64,000 nt of DNA from Neophaeotheca triangularis (lineage: Eukaryota), in NCBI GenBank assembly GCA_054600435.1, contig BAAIJX010000014.1, positions 372,001-436,000 on the forward strand. The letters are read 5' to 3'. The number at the start of each line of letters is the position of its first letter. The first letter of the stretch is position 1. Under the pieces are notes generated by a model. It ran no database searches. It saw only the letters and a program-made list of their open reading frames with translations, and was not told the DNA's origin. Positions 1 to 14,120 of this stretch are shown here, in pieces. A program made the position numbers and the translations under genes.

Positions 1-103
1 GCACACTCCCTTGCTCTAGTACTGCAAAGAAGCATACCTCAAGGACACCTTCCACGACTTCCTCATCACCCTCGTTGTCGAGACGTCGGCACCGTAGGTC
101 AAT

Positions 104-3054
104 ATGTTCGTCTACAAGCGCGGTACGTTCTCCCATCATCTTCATTCGCAGTTCAAAAGGGTAGCAGCGCCGTAGTCGTAACACTGCCCGCCACCATATC
201 TTTTTGTTGCCATTTTCTCGATTTGAACACGACACTGACACGCTTCACAGATGGGCGCAAGGAACGCGTGCAATTCGACAAGATCACTGCTCGCGTATCG
301 AGGCTATGTTATGGCCTCGACCCGGAGCACGTTGACGCCGCCGCTATCACCATGAAGGTCATTGCCGGTGTCTACCAGGGCGTCACCACCATACAGTTGG
401 ACGATTTGGTACGTCTTCCCACCCATCGCGTACAAGGGGAGACTGATACTGATTCCATCCACAAATAGGCTGCAGAGACCGCCGCATACATGACCGTCAC
501 CCACCCAGACTACGCCATCCTCGCTGCTCGCATAGCAGTTTCCAATCTCCACAAGCAGACAAAGAAGCAGTTCTCCGCAGTCATACAAGACTTGTACAGC
601 TATGTCAACCCCAAGACAGGGAAAGATGCGCCGATGATCGCCAAGTACACATACGATATTGTCCAGAAGCACGCCGAGGAGCTCAACTCTGCCATCGTCT
701 ACGACCGTGACTTCAACTACCAGTACTTTGGTTTCAAGACACTCGAACGCTCGTACCTGCTTCGCCTTGACGGCAAGGTCGCCGAGCGTCCGCAGCACAT
801 GATCATGCGTGTGGCTGTAGGAATCCATGGAGAAGACATAGAAGCCGCCATTGAGACCTACAACTACATGTCGAACAAGTACTTCACACACGCCTCGCCG
901 ACCCTGTTCAGTGCAGGCACACCACAGGCTCAGCTCGCATCTTGCTTCCTCATCGACATGAAGGACGACAGCATAGACGGCATCTACGACACTCTGAAGA
1001 CATGCGCCATGATCTCCAAGAATGCCGGTGGTATTGGCTTCAACTGCCACCGCATCAGAGCCACAGGTTCCTACATCAGCGGTACCAACGGTACTTCCAA
1101 CGGCCTCGTACCATTGCTCCGTGTTTACAACAACACTGCGCGTTATGTCGACCAGGGTGGCAACAAGCGTCCAGGTGCCTTCGCCGTCTACCTCGAGCCG
1201 TGGCACGCGGACATGTTCCAGTTCCTCGACCTTCGTAAGAACCACGGCAAGGAGGAGGTTCGTGCTCGCGACCTCTTTTATGCCCTCTGGATTCCCGATC
1301 TGTTCATGAAGCGTGTTGAGCAGAACAGCACTTGGACTCTGATGTGCCCCAACGAGTGCCCTGGCCTCGCCGATGTTTACGGCGACGAGTTCGAGGAGCT
1401 GTACGAGCGCTACGAGAGGGAAGGCAAGGGACGTGAGACCGTCAGAGCACAGAAACTCTGGTATGCCATCCTCGAGGCACAGACGGAGACTGGAACCCCT
1501 TTTATGTGTTACAAGGACGCCGCCAACCGCAAAAGCAACCAAAAGAACCTCGGCACCATTCGCAGCTCCAACCTCTGCACGGAGATTATGGAGTACACTG
1601 CCCCCGATGAGGTCGCCGTGTGCAACCTCGCATCTCTGGCTCTGCCTACCTACGTCGACGCTGTCAACGACACCTATGACTTTGCGAAGCTGCACGAAGT
1701 CACTCAGGTTGTCACGAAGAACTTGAACAAGATCATCGAAATCAACCACTATCCTGTGCCAGAAGCTCGCAAGAGCAACTTCCGTCACAGGCCTATCGGT
1801 CTGGGTGTTAGCGGTCTCGCTGACGCCTTCCTCGCCCTTCGCATGCCTTTCGACTCGGACGAGGCCCGTCAGCTGAACAAGCAGATCTTCGAGACCATCT
1901 ACCACGCTGCTTTGACCGCCTCTTGCGATCTTGCTGAGAAGCTTGGCCCATATGAGACTTACGAAGGGTCCCCTGTCTCGAAGGGCGAGCTTCAGTATGA
2001 GATGTGGGGTGTTACACCCACTGATCTCTGGGACTGGGAATCTCTCAAGGCCAAGATTGCCCAACATGGCGTCCGCAATTCTCTCCTCGTCGCACCCATG
2101 CCGACGGCATCCACCTCGCAGATCATGGGTTTCAACGAGTGCTTCGAGCCCTACACCAGCAACATCTATTCCCGTCGTGTGCTCGCGGGTGAGTTCCAGG
2201 TTGTTAACCCTTGGCTGCTCAAGGACCTCGTCGACCGTGGTCTCTGGTCCGACAACATGAAGAACCGCATCATTGCCGACGGTGGCTCGATTCAGCGCGT
2301 GCCCAATATCCCCGACGACCTCAAAGCACTTTACAAGACCGTCTGGGAGCTTTCCCAACGTCATATTGTGCAAATGGCCGCCGACCGTGGTGCTTTCATC
2401 GACCAATCGCAATCCCTCAACATCCACATGAAGGAGCCCACCATGGGCAAGATCACCAGCATGCACTTCACAGGCTGGAAGCTCGGTCTCAAGACCGGCA
2501 TGTACTACCTGCGCACCATGGCTGCATCGGCCCCGATTCAGTTCACCGTCGACCAAGAGGCACTCAACGTCGTCGACACCAACGTCGCCAAGAACGTTGC
2601 AGCCAAGAAGCGCGCTGCCACCGGCAACATCCCCCAGAAACCCGCCGTCCCAAGCCCGATGTACCAAAGCGCTCAGCCCAACGGTACCAGCGAGAACGAA
2701 GCCCCAAAAGACGTTCCCACACCTGCCACCACTCCTCCCGCTGAATCCGAACCCAAGCAGCAAAAGCGCGAGTTCTCCCGCTCCAGCAGCAAGCGCGATA
2801 TCGTCAACCCCGAGTTCCCTGCCGATGTAGACGACGGCGAGAGCCCCAAGGTCCTCGCCACCGACGGCGTAAACGGAGTTCCCAAGGAAGAGGAGTTGCC
2901 CGAACCCAGCCAGCAGGCCGCCGGTGCTAAGAAGGATGGCCAGGAGGAGGACAAGGGCGCCGACAGCAAGGAACGCGAGGGCGACATCTACGCTGATGCC
3001 GTGCTTGCTTGCAGTATTGAGAACCCTGAGAGCTGTGTTATGTGCAGTGGTTAG
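104..3054 (+). CDS. RNR1: Ribonucleoside-diphosphate reductase large subunit (exons 104-122, 251-408, 469-3054; 920 aa)
   Basis: Spliced N-terminus [19 protein letters not shown] (ATP cone); SNLCTEI catalytic motif; [21 protein letters not shown]-terminal CVMCSG; two GTACGT..AG introns join in frame. Confidence 0.98.
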
Positions 3055-3738
3055 ATGTAATTTATGCATGCGTGGGACGAAGAATTTGACTGATATGCGC
3101 TCGGCGTTTTCGAGATGGCTACTAGGCGTTTTGAGGAAACATGTGGGCACTGGACATGCAACGGATGGGATGGGACGGGATCGGTTTTGTTGGGACGAAT
3201 TGCGCTTCTTATGGATCGCTTGCGCGTATGTAGCATCTTGCCTCGATGGCATAGGTGCACTGCTTGAACAGTGGTATATGCTTGTACTTTGTGCTCTCGT
3301 ACAATACCTAATCCCGAGTCCAAAAACTAACCAACTAGTCCTTCCACGTTGGCCTGTAAGAAAGCACCGACCAGTTCCCAGCAGTCAGCTTCACTCGCCA
3401 ATCCCTTTTTCAAAGTAGGAAACACGTCTTGTCGCTCGGCTGTGGGAGTGCAGGCGGCGGCGAGATGATCTTCTGAGACATTCCACTAGCACGCCGACGT
3501 TAACAAGCTCGAACCCCATCTCAAAGCACTTTCAAGAATCGACGAAAAATACAGTTTAATGTGTACACGATGCGCGGAGAACCGGCTCCACAACACCAAA
3601 CCATGAAAAAAAAAAAACCCAGGGTATCTATCATGTGCTGCATCGCTCAACAGAGCCACGACCCAAACCCAAATAAACAGGCAAAAACCCCCAATCTTAT
3701 CAAGATCCTCGTTAATCCTCCCTACTCTCTCTCTCTCT

Positions 3739-5802
3739 CTAAAAGTCAAACCCACCCGTCAACCCCATGACATTCTCAGGATCCACAACGCCCCTAATCC
3801 GCCTCAACCTCTCCGCATTCTCCTCGCCATACACCTGCTCGGCCGTATAACTCCCAATGGCATAATTGGGATACGCGTTGCCCTCGACGTAAATACCCTC
3901 GTCCTTGGCGACGGCAATCAACCTATCGACGCTCGCGCGGATTTCGTCGCGCCAGTAGTCGTCGTCGCCGGCGTCGAGCCAGGCGAAGTAGAGGTTCAAC
4001 GGCAAGCCCGAGAGCGCGTGCGGGTAGGAGCTGTTGGTGGCGTGGCGGCCGTAGTCTTTGCCGAAGGGCTCGATGTCGTAGCTGAAGAAGATGCCGCTCG
4101 CGTTGAAGAGGCGGTAGTCTTGGGCTTCGGACCAGCAGGCTTGCATGAAGGGGATGGTGAGGGCGGTGGTGGTGAGGGTGTGGAAAGCGCCGCGGCGGCC
4201 CGCTTGGAGGTTCGACGGCGTCGACGAGGCGAAGGAGGCGTAGGGCTGCCGTTGCACGCCGTTGAGGATGGGTTGGATGGAGGCGAAGGGCGCGAAGACT
4301 TCGTCTGGTGGTGACGGCCCATCGTAGAAGACTAGCAGGATTGCGGACTCGGGGAAGCCGGTGTTGAGGGTGAGGATGACTTGGGCTTTTTCGTCGACTT
4401 CGTCGTCGTAGAATTTTTGCGTGGCGTTGATGATGGCGGGGACGTCGTCGGAGGCGTAGATTTGGTAGCCGCCGTAGACTTCGTAGTCTTGTTCGAAGGG
4501 GGTAAAGACGGTTTCGGTCACGAGGCCGAAGCGGTTGAGGCCCCCTTTGAGGGCGAAGAAGAGGTCTGGGGTGGTCTCGTTGACTTGGGTTAGGTTGCCT
4601 GTGGGGGTCACTAGGGTAAAGCTTTGGACGGTGTCGACTGTCAAGCCTGCGTAGATTCGTCAGCTGGTAGGCCGGCTGTGTTGTGCTTGTCGGTGTGGAC
4701 TAACCGTATTGGTTCGTGAACCAGGAGTAGCCTCCACCGAGTGTGAAGCCGCCAGTACCCGGCCCTTGTACTCTGCCGCCGTTGAGTTGCAATCCTGTGC
4801 CGTTCATCTTCTCATAGGCATCAGACCAGAGCTGGTGGCAAATATTAGTTTCTGTTTAGAAAGGGCCATGGATGTGCCAGCAGACTTACGTTACCCATAC
4901 CGACCGTCACACTGGTACGGTCATCGTTGATATCGACGTGATCCAACCTGTTCAGAGTAATCTGCTCATGTTAGCAAAAAGGACTTGCTATCTAGAAAAG
5001 CTCTTTACCCACCAAGATTCCCTCTGTCGAAGAGAAGCCCTGGTTAGAAGCATGTCCGCCGGACTTGATAGCGAAGGGTGTTCTACTGTCGCCAATGAGC
5101 TTCATCGTAATGGCTGCGTCTTCGTTCGATCCGACCTCGACGACACACGACGATCGTTGTGTCGAAGAGGGCATGTAGTGTTTGAGTCTTTGAGTATATT
5201 GCCAGAAGGCCACTGGGATTGAGCGTCAGTCGATTCGATTCGCCGGCATCCGTGCGATCTCGCAACTTACGGGGATAAACCACTTCGCTATCGTCTGAGA
5301 TTTGATTGCTGATTTCACTGCATACGCCTGCTGTTGTGTCGTTGTAACGGGACATGCTGGCTATGAGGTTCGCAATACGGTTGGCGAGGGTGTCTGCTTC
5401 ATCGGTGGCTTCGTCGGTGGCGTCGTTTATTGCGTCCGTCATGCTGCTAAGGACGTCGTTCGCTCCGACGGCAACGGTTCCCGCCGCATCACTTGCATCG
5501 CTGACCACGCTGCTTACTGCCTCTTGTCCGCTTTCGGCAGCACTGCTCGCTGCGGCCTCGGCGGTGCTAACAGCTCCCTCGACCCCGTCGATTGCCGTGC
5601 TGGCAGCCCCTTGTACCCCATCGACTACAGTGCTCGCAGCTCCTTCTACTCCATCCCTAACCGTGCTTACCGCGCCACCGATGGCGCTGCTGGCAGCGTC
5701 TCTCGTGTCGTCTACCGCGCTGTTGATGTCGTCGATAAAATCGAACTGTGCATTGCTGGATGTGGCCAAAGACAACAGAGCAAGCGCCCCAAGGAAACGC
5801 AT
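3739..5802 (-). CDS. Secreted FAD-linked oxidoreductase (FAD_binding_4 / berberine-bridge-like), multi-exon
   Basis: Signal peptide MRFLGALALLSLATSSNA; FAIKSGGHASNQGFSST covalent-FAD motif; DLFFALKGGLNRFGLVT; C-terminal YPNYA...YGEENAERLRRIRGVVDPENV. Confidence 0.9.
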
Positions 5803-7460
5803 GGTAAAGAGGGCAAAACGGGATTCTCAAGGAGTAATTGAACGCAATGAAGTGTTGTGTTTGATAGAGAATCAAGGTACTCACTTTTCAAATGGACGTG
5901 GGTGAAAAGATGCTAAATACGTCAATACACGCAGTTTGCTATAACTAAAGGTCTTGACTCTTGAGTCCGAGGAATGGCTGTACCTAAGCTTTAATGATTG
6001 GCAGAGACCCGTATATATGTGAGACGGTGCTGGTCAATTGGCCTGTTCAGGCATGCAGGTTCTGATTGCCACCACCGACAGGGCAAGAATAATAAGAATA
6101 ATCGAAACATGGGAGTCGAATCATCCGGTTTGTGGTGCAGGAGAGCAGGGCAGGGCGTCAAGGCCAGCCAAAAAAGCAGGCGGCATAATCCTTAGCATGT
6201 TGCATCATCCACGATCATCCAGCATTGCCAAGGCTGGGGTTCATTCATCTTCAGCTTTTCACCACGTGCTTCCAAACCTCAGCCTTACTGTAGCGACTTT
6301 CAATTATTTCCTACTTTGTAGTAATTCCTGCAGAGCGATATTCCATTCCTTAATTACCTTATGAGTGAGAAGCACAAAGTTCCCTCTATCCATCGCTCTC
6401 TTCCTTTTCTCCTGCCCAGACATTCGACAGCACTTGGAAGCGACTCGGGTCAAGTTAGCCTGATTCGACGAGCCAAGACCCTGCCGACTGACCGACGGCA
6501 GTAATAAGGCTGAGCAGTGGGCACAGGCTACGAGGACCCGAGCCAGAACTAGACGAGTAAGCAGTTAGTCCGTGAGGTCTAGGAGGGTCCATGTGTCTTG
6601 CATTACGAGTTTGTTGTTGCATACCGCCCACGTCAGATTCGAATAATGTCTTCCCGTGTCCCGACTCCAGCTTCTTCCTCCCTAGGTACCACCGTACCTT
6701 GGCCTTAGGAAGAAGAGAACGCAAGTATAAGCCTTGGCCCTTAAGGCATCAATGCTGGCCGGCTGTTTTGGATGTACTTACTATTTGAGCTTAGGTGAGA
6801 GGACCTGAACAGTAGAGAATGAGGTGGCTTTACGGAATAATAATGATGAGAAATGTGCCTGTTCCACCATGAAAGGTCGCTTCAAAACGCGAGGTAGCTT
6901 TATGAGCGACAGCGTACTAGTAGGTCGCTGGCTGACATGATCTCTGCTATATTAGTGATGGCTGACTTCTGGTGTCTGATACCGGAAGTGATTCGTCAAT
7001 GGAGTCTCGTGGGGTAGCTGACCGAGGTCTTGACATAAAAGACTGAGGGCGACGCCAACCCTGTCAGCCTGTGTAGTAGCCAGCCAGCTCTTTCACAACC
7101 GAACCTCGTGACGGTACAGTAGCCTTGAAGAGCTCCTGGGAAGGATTATGATGACCGTCTTCACATGAGACAACGCGACGCTGTAAGGTGGTATGTTCTC
7201 GACAGACTGGAGGCAGCGAATTTAGTCAACGATAATGATGATTGAACAGAGTCTTGTATTCTTCATTATTATTCCCCAAACATGATGCACGTCTATGAAT
7301 GTGCTGAAAGGTTATTGAGTTCGCATATCCAAGAAAGTGACATACTAAGATGATGATGTGAGTCGAGAGCAGCCGAGGCGGTTGTCGATACTACACGCAC
7401 AAAGGTTGTCGACGATCAGGACAAAGAGCGGGAGGCAGCGGGAAGTTTCAACAGCGTGTA

Positions 7461-7498
7461 GTGTGTGTGTGCGCGTGTGCGTGTGTGTGTGTGTGTGT
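7461..7498. repeat. Interrupted (GT)n microsatellite upstream of metR/cys-3
   Basis: gtgtgtgtgtgcgcgtgtgcgtgtgtgtgtgtgtgtgt read directly. Confidence 0.9.
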
Positions 7499-7958
7499 AG
7501 GTGTTTTCCCGCTGAAGAAGCCGCGATCATCTCGGTGGTCGGTGCCGGCTTTGAAATCCAGATCTGTCAAAGCCCATCCATCCCCCCTCCCGCCTGCCCG
7601 CGTTCGTCCGACCGCGGTTCCACCTCGTCGCCCTCAACTGAACCCATCCCCATCCCCATTATTCCCACTTCCTTCCCACCCCCCGACCGATTACTACACC
7701 TCTCTGCAATCCCACCGTCCTCTTGGCACTGCGACGACACCACCCATTCCGAGCCGACTGCGGTCTGGCAATATTGCACTTCACCGAAAGAGCCCCCTGG
7801 CTAAGACGCCGCCACCCGACAGAAACAAAGGACTGACGGCCATTGTCGACCACGTTGCCGCCTGTCGTCTTTGTTCGAGTCATTAAACCCGACGGCACTA
7901 CAGTATAGACACTACATTTCGAGAACTCTACACTTCACCACCAATTACACGCTGCAGC

Positions 7959-8786
7959 ATGTCTAGTTTCAATAACGGGCGCCGTGCGCCCAACGTTTCG
8001 AATTACCTGGCCAATCTCAACGCTCTCCCGCAGACGCAGCCCATGTCGACACAAAACGAATTTGGCCTGCCCGCCGACGACGGACTCGAGTTCCTGACCA
8101 ACGCCGAATTCTTCGACTTCGACGGCTTCAACCAAGATGACAGCTTCATTTCCGCGCCGCAGCAACAACCTCAGCAAAGGCTGCAAGGTGTGCAGTCCAT
8201 GGGAGGGGATGGTATGGGCATGAATGGACAATTCCAGTTCTCCGATCTCGCCTACCAAGGCAACATTCCAGCCACTGGTGCGCCGCAAATGGCTCCTGCA
8301 CCCGTCAACAACATACAGCAAGCGCCCTTCCCTGCCCAACCCCAACAGCAACCGCAGCCCCAGGTCCAAGCACAGCAAGGCATGCACTACTCGACCCCTC
8401 CCGGCCAGGCTTCATCCATTGGCAGCAAGCGCAAGGCCTCATCACCCGAAGAATTCGAGGAAGGTTCGCGCGTGGCCGCCGAAGAGGACAAGCGCCGCCG
8501 TAACACTGCCGCTTCCGCGCGCTTCCGTGTCAAGAAGAAGCAGCGCGAGCAGGCGCTTGAGTCGCAGGCGCGAGAGATGTCCGAAAAGGTGAAGATGCTA
8601 GAGGGGAAGGTGAATCAGCTGGAGATGGAGAACAAATGGCTGAAGGGGCTCATCACGGAGAAGGGCGATGCCAAGGCGCCCGAGGTCGAGGGCAAGGCCG
8701 GGGAGAAGGTTGTCCCGCGGAGTATTGATGAAGGGAAGGAGGGCGTCGGTACGGAGGTCGCCAAGGTGGATGCTGAGGAGGCTTGA
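7959..8786 (+). CDS. metR: bZIP sulfur-assimilation transcription factor, MetR/CYS-3 family (275 aa)
   Basis: Basic region AAEEDKRRRNTAASARFRVKKKQREQALE plus leucine zipper; N-terminal RRAPNVSNYLANLN motif typical of the family. Confidence 0.9.
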   Translation: MSSFNNGRRAPNVSNYLANLNALPQTQPMSTQNEFGLPADDGLEFLTNAEFFDFDGFNQDDSFISAPQQQPQQRLQGVQSMGGDGMGMNGQFQFSDLAYQGNIPATGAPQMAPAPVNNIQQAPFPAQPQQQPQPQVQAQQGMHYSTPPGQASSIGSKRKASSPEEFEEGSRVAAEEDKRRRNTAASARFRVKKKQREQALESQAREMSEKVKMLEGKVNQLEMENKWLKGLITEKGDAKAPEVEGKAGEKVVPRSIDEGKEGVGTEVAKVDAEEA

Positions 8787-9625
8787 GAATGTATGCTCGT
8801 CTCGCTCGTCTTCGGGATTTGGAATTTTGGGAATACGGGTCACGGCCTTTTTGGGCTGAAGGGAGGGAGCTTTCAAAGGGCTTGGGAATCTTTGCTTGCT
8901 ACGGTTTTCATGGCATAGCTTACCTACATGGAGCAAAAGTACGATACTTGTCATGACCTCTTTAGATTGTGCCATTGAAGTTGATTGCAGCGGATGTCTC
9001 CTGGTCTTGAACCTTGTGCAGTTCGGCAAGAAAGCACCAGTGGTCATCTCTCAAACCGATGTCTGCCTGGCATGAATTGTAACCTTTCCAAAGAGTAGGG
9101 TTTGGACTGCATAGTAATTAGGCATATCATCGAACCATCACCAGCCCCAGTAAGCCTCGGATCAAGCCTATAGCATATCGGCGGCAAGGAGCGCAGGCAT
9201 CTCCGTCGATTCTATTACCTCCGGAGGTAGGACCCTCACAGACGCCCCACCTATCTCCGTGACATACATTACCTGAACCCTCTACCGCGTCGATGGAGTG
9301 TACGACGTAAACTCCGTTAAAGCCGCCACATGTGCGTCGAAGGTTCGGTCAACGTCATATCATTTTACGCCAACATGGTTGCGGCGTCTACCTACCTACA
9401 TGGGTGTCGAGATCGTTGCGGTGGTCTGTGTGGGTAGTCGATTGGTATAAAGCAGAGCATACTCAAGGTGTTTATTACGCAACAACTTTGTCCTTTGCTT
9501 TGACTGCAAGGTACGACTATTGATCGTCTTTTGACTGCTCACTACACTTTAAAGTCGACTTAAAGTAGACAACACGTCAACAACTGTACTGGACTTCGAT
9601 CCACCAAGCAACAAAAGCCTCCACA

Positions 9626-11089
9626 ATGCAGAAAGCAAAAGAAGTCGTCAACAAAGTCACCGGCAAGGATGACCACAGCCTTCCCACTCGTAAGCTAGGG
9701 AAGAATGGTCCTGAGGTGACTGCCATTGGCTACGGCACCATGGGCTTGGTGAGTGGCGAGAGCTCACACTCCCAGAACAAAAAGATAGTGAACGCGAACT
9801 AACCTTGGGGCGTCCACCGACCAGAGCGCTTTCTACGGCGCTAAGAAGCCCGACGAGGAACGCTTCAAGGTCCTCGACAAGTGCTACAACGACGGCGAGC
9901 TCTTCTGGGACACGGCGGACATGTACATGGATTCGGAGGATCTGCTTGGTATATATACCCCGCCCAGTTCTCCCAACACTTCCGTCCTGATAATGAGCAT
10001 GGCACTGACGACGTGGACTCATCACAGGCAACTGGTTCAAGGCCAACCCTGGCAAACGCGAGAACATCTTCCTCGCAACCAAGTTCGCCAACAAGTGGGT
10101 CAACGGCGGCATCGAAGTCGACAGCACGCCCGAGTACTGCATCGAAGCTTGTAACAAGTCTTTGTCGCGCCTGGGCCTGCCGTCGGTAGACCTCTACTAC
10201 GCGCACCGACTCGACGGGAAGACGCCTGTGGAGAAGACGGTCGAGGCCATGCAGCAGCTCAAGCGCGAGGGCAAGATCAAGTATCTGGGATTGTCCGAAT
10301 GCAGTTCCGAGTCGTTGAGAAGGGCGTGCAAGGTCGAGCACATCGATGCCGTGCAGATTGAGTACTCGCCCTTTTCGCTCGACATCGAGAGCGAGGAGAT
10401 TGGGCTGTTGAAGACTTGTCGCGAGTTGGGTGTCGCCGTGGTCGCGTACAGTCCTATTGGCAGAGGTGAGTGTTTTCCCCCTCCTGGCATCTGACAAGAC
10501 GACTCTAACGCTCTCATCCTAGGCATGCTCGGTGGCCAAATCCGCTCCCCAGATGACTTCGAAGAGGGTGACTTCCGAAAGTTCGCGCCTCGTTTCTCGG
10601 CCGAAAAGTAAGAAAACCCCTCCCGTCCATTACAAACTTTCCAAGCCGAACAACAACCAAAGCTAACGACCACCCTTTCCCCCCCAGTTTCCCCAAGAAC
10701 ATCCAACTCGTCGACAAAATCTCCGCCATCGCCAAAGCCAAAAACGTAACCCCGTCTCAACTAACCCTCGCCTGGCTCATGGCCCAAGGCGACGACATCT
10801 TCCCCGTAAGCAAACCCGCCACCCAACCTCGCGAAAACCCTCACCTCCCCCCTCCCACCCTTTTTCCTTTCCCCCCTCTCCCAGAACTGACACGTCCAAT
10901 CCCAAAAAGATCCCAGGTACCACCAACCTCTCGCGTCTGGAAGAGAACCTCGGCGCCACGAAGATCAACCTCTCCAAGGACGAGGAGGAGGAAATCCGCC
11001 AGGCTTGCGAGAACGCGCAGGTCGCGGGTGCGCGGTACCCGGAGGCGATGAGCGGGGCGCTTTTTATGGATACGCCGCCTTTGAAGTAA
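9626..11089 (+). CDS. Aldo-keto reductase (YakC-like), multi-exon
   Basis: LPTRKLGKNGPEVTAIGYGTMGL, FWDTADMY, IFLATKF, VDLYYAHR, GKIKYLGLSE, QIEYSPF, VAYSPIGRG; exons separated by short GT-AG introns; stop TAA 11087-11089. Confidence 0.93.
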
Positions 11090-11485
11090 AGGGGTCTATT
11101 GTGTGGTGGGGGATTTTTGGCTTGAGGGGTGAGAGGTTGTGCTTGGTCTGTTCTTGGGAGGTCTGGCTTGAGGATTCGTGGTTACGGGGATTCGTGGATT
11201 GACGAAGTTTTGTCAATCTTGTGAGATGGTATTCTGATCGATTATGAATATATACGTCAGGTCTGGATTCCGTGTTGATGCTCCACTGCAGGTTGATGCT
11301 CGACCGACGTGATAACCGTAGCAGACATGTCAAGGGAAATGGTGCTTTGGGTCGATGTCATCTCAAGACTTCAGCAAAGAAGGTCAACACTACTCGCTCG
11401 AAAGGGGAGATTACCAGATCCACGCTCCATTACACGAATCCTGATCAAAGCTCTCATTTTACACATCACTACCAACGCAAACCCC

Positions 11486-14120
11486 TTACCCCCAAGCATC
11501 ACCCCACCCATCATCCTCCTCCGCCTCCAACACCTCCTGCTTCTTCTTCTTCTCAGCCAGCGGCGCCGGCTTGCCATTCCCAACCCTCCCCTTCGCAGCA
11601 GCAACGGAACCAGTACCCACACTCGGCTTAGCGACCGGCGCAGCCGCCACAGTCTTCTTCCCCAACCCCTTCGGCAGCGGCTTGACCTTCTTCTTCGCCG
11701 CCGCTTGCGCATTCAACCAGCCCTCGAAATCAGGCTCGCCGCCGTCGTCGTAAGAGATTGCAGGTTTAGTCTGCGTGGTGTGTTTGGGTTTCGGCTCGCT
11801 TTCTTCTAGTACTTCGCCCCAGGCTTCTGCCGCTCCGTCGTCGTCGTCGTCATCGGCGTCGGCGTTCCAATTGTCGGTGGTGTCGTCGTTGTCGTCCCAG
11901 TTGGTGTCGAAGTCGTCGTCGACGTCTGGGGTTGTGGAGGCGCGGAGGGTAGAGGGAGCTTTGGGGACGGCAGGGGCGGACGGGACGGCGTGTGGGCTTG
12001 GGCGGTGGGGGAGCTCGTGCTTGTTGCCTGGGGTTGAGGAGGAGCGCTCGAGGGAAGCGGTGGGGCGGGCTCCGTTGCCGTTGGGAGTGTTGTTTTGCTG
12101 TTGCATTTCGCCGTTGGCGGCACCGACTTTGTTCGTGAAGGAGGAGACGGCCCAGCCTGTCCACGAGTTGCCTGGTTGCGGGCTTGCCATTCGCGCGCCG
12201 CCGGTTGCTGCGGCTTCGCCTGGCGGTGGCAAAACGCTGTCTGGGAGCGTGGCGCTGTATTTACGGACGCGATCGAGATAGACGTTTAGCGTTTTGTTTG
12301 CTTGGTCGCGGATCATTTTCTCCTTGTCGATGAGCGAGGGGCAGATTGCTGGTAGCATTTTGGTCGCGCAGTCTTCTTCTGTAAACATGTCCGCCGTTGC
12401 TGCTAGGGCTAGCAAGCTTGCGTTGCGCGCGTGCACGAAAGGGTCGCGCAGGGATCGGGTGAAGGCTGCGGTGAGCACCTTTGCTCTTGAAGCAGCTCCC
12501 AAGTTCTTTGCGATCTTCCCGAGACAAATTGTGGTGTTTGTTCGGATACCTGGTTGTTCGTCGTTGGCTGTCTTGGCTAGATGTCGAAGTAGATCGCCGT
12601 TGATGACTCGGTCGCTCAATTTTGGGGTAACTACGAGGACAGCTTTAACTGTCTGCTCTCTCACGATAGGCGCCAAGTCACCAAAGCCCGTCACCATCTG
12701 AGGGAAGATCTTGTCCGTCACGAGCTTCTGGCTCAGATGGTCGATCATCAAGGGTAGGTTGTCGAGCAAGCAGACTCGCATGGCTCTGTCGGGACTACTG
12801 AATAGCCTCACTACGACAGGTGTGATCTGACTGTCGTACTCTTCTTCGCTAAGCTTGTCCGCGATGCGCATTACGAGGCTAAAAGGTTTGGCCCCACCAC
12901 CACCAAATTCGACCGATTTTAGGAGCTCTGGTAGAATCTTGACTTTTAGGAAGTCTTCCGGAAAGTCGTCTGACTCCACCACTGTCTGTAACTCGCTGGA
13001 AGGGGCATGTCAGTAGGATCATTGTGCGCTGTGACTTGTGGTTGATCTTACTTTAGGAAGACTTCTCTCTCTTCCGCGCTCTTCAGGCCCAAATTCTCTA
13101 TGCCATCTGTTAGGTCGATGAGTGGTGTATCGAAGAAGCCGCCTTTCCTCCGTCCTTGCTCGTAGAAGTGACCAACACTCAATCGCATCTTTGGTACAGC
13201 ATGCGTCAGGCGTTTGTAGCTGGCCTGCATTCCCTGCGGTATGCCCTTGAGCGAGCCAATTTGGTCTGTCCCTGAGAAGCCTCCGCTGAAGACCTCTGAG
13301 ACAAGGATGCCGTATTCATAAGAGTCGATGGCGTGGACTGGATTGTTTTTGATGCCGCTCCAACCTTGTTTTGCGATTTCTGGTGGTGAGTAGCGTCCAA
13401 TATCCGGTACCAGGCTAGCATGGCTGAACAGTATCGCGTCGTCTTCTTTGATCGAGCTGAGAATATCCAGACCTCCAACCTTCCATTCCCCGCTCTCGCA
13501 CGTGAAGATGGAAGAGGCTCGTATGTTGCCATGAACAGAGGAGGCCTCGTCGTTGATGAACTTGAGAGTTTTCTGTGGGATCTCAGCATTTGTACATTCC
13601 TTCGAAGAGCCGTGAAATCGCTTACCGCGACGCTATGAAGGCCCCGTTTCAGGCTTTCCTCCGAAAGCGCGTTCCGTCTCGTCGACCAATTCAAAGGAGT
13701 CACCCGTTCAGTAGCGATGTAAATCAATTGATCTGTCTAGCTTGTCTTCCAGTGAGCCAGATGTCCCGACACACCCAAGTGCATGCTCTTTCATTCATCG
13801 TGCACGCACCTCAACAGAATCGAGCATCTTCACGACACCGGGATGCCGTATGGTCTTGAACTTTCGGAGCGCATTCCTGGCAAGCGACAGCCTGTTGCGG
13901 TTGGCGTTGATGTCGAAGGAGAAGATGCTGCATTTCGACCCATCTTCCTAAAATCAGTCAGCCGTGGTCATTTGTTTAGAAGAGGCTCGGAGAGGTATAC
14001 TCGTTTGGTGCCATGATGAAGTGTCCAGATGGAATTGTCAATGTCCATGCGCTCCCCGAAGGTGTAGGGGAAAGCGGGACCCTTTGCGATGGACGCGACG
14101 GCCGACTTGAAGAAGTCCAT
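11486..14120 (-). CDS. CEX1: SCY1-like pseudokinase with HEAT repeats (Cex1/SCYL1), multi-exon
   Basis: Start MDFFKSAVASIAKGPAFPY; kinase-like segment LRHPG..YIATERVTPL; HEAT region ANDEQPGIRTNTTICLGKIA, RSLRDPFVHARNA; acidic DDGWGDAWG tail. Confidence 0.92.

Noticed and set aside
304..3252. 982-aa antisense ORF over RNR1
   Set aside because: Shadow frame produced by strong codon bias of the sense gene; no recognisable motifs
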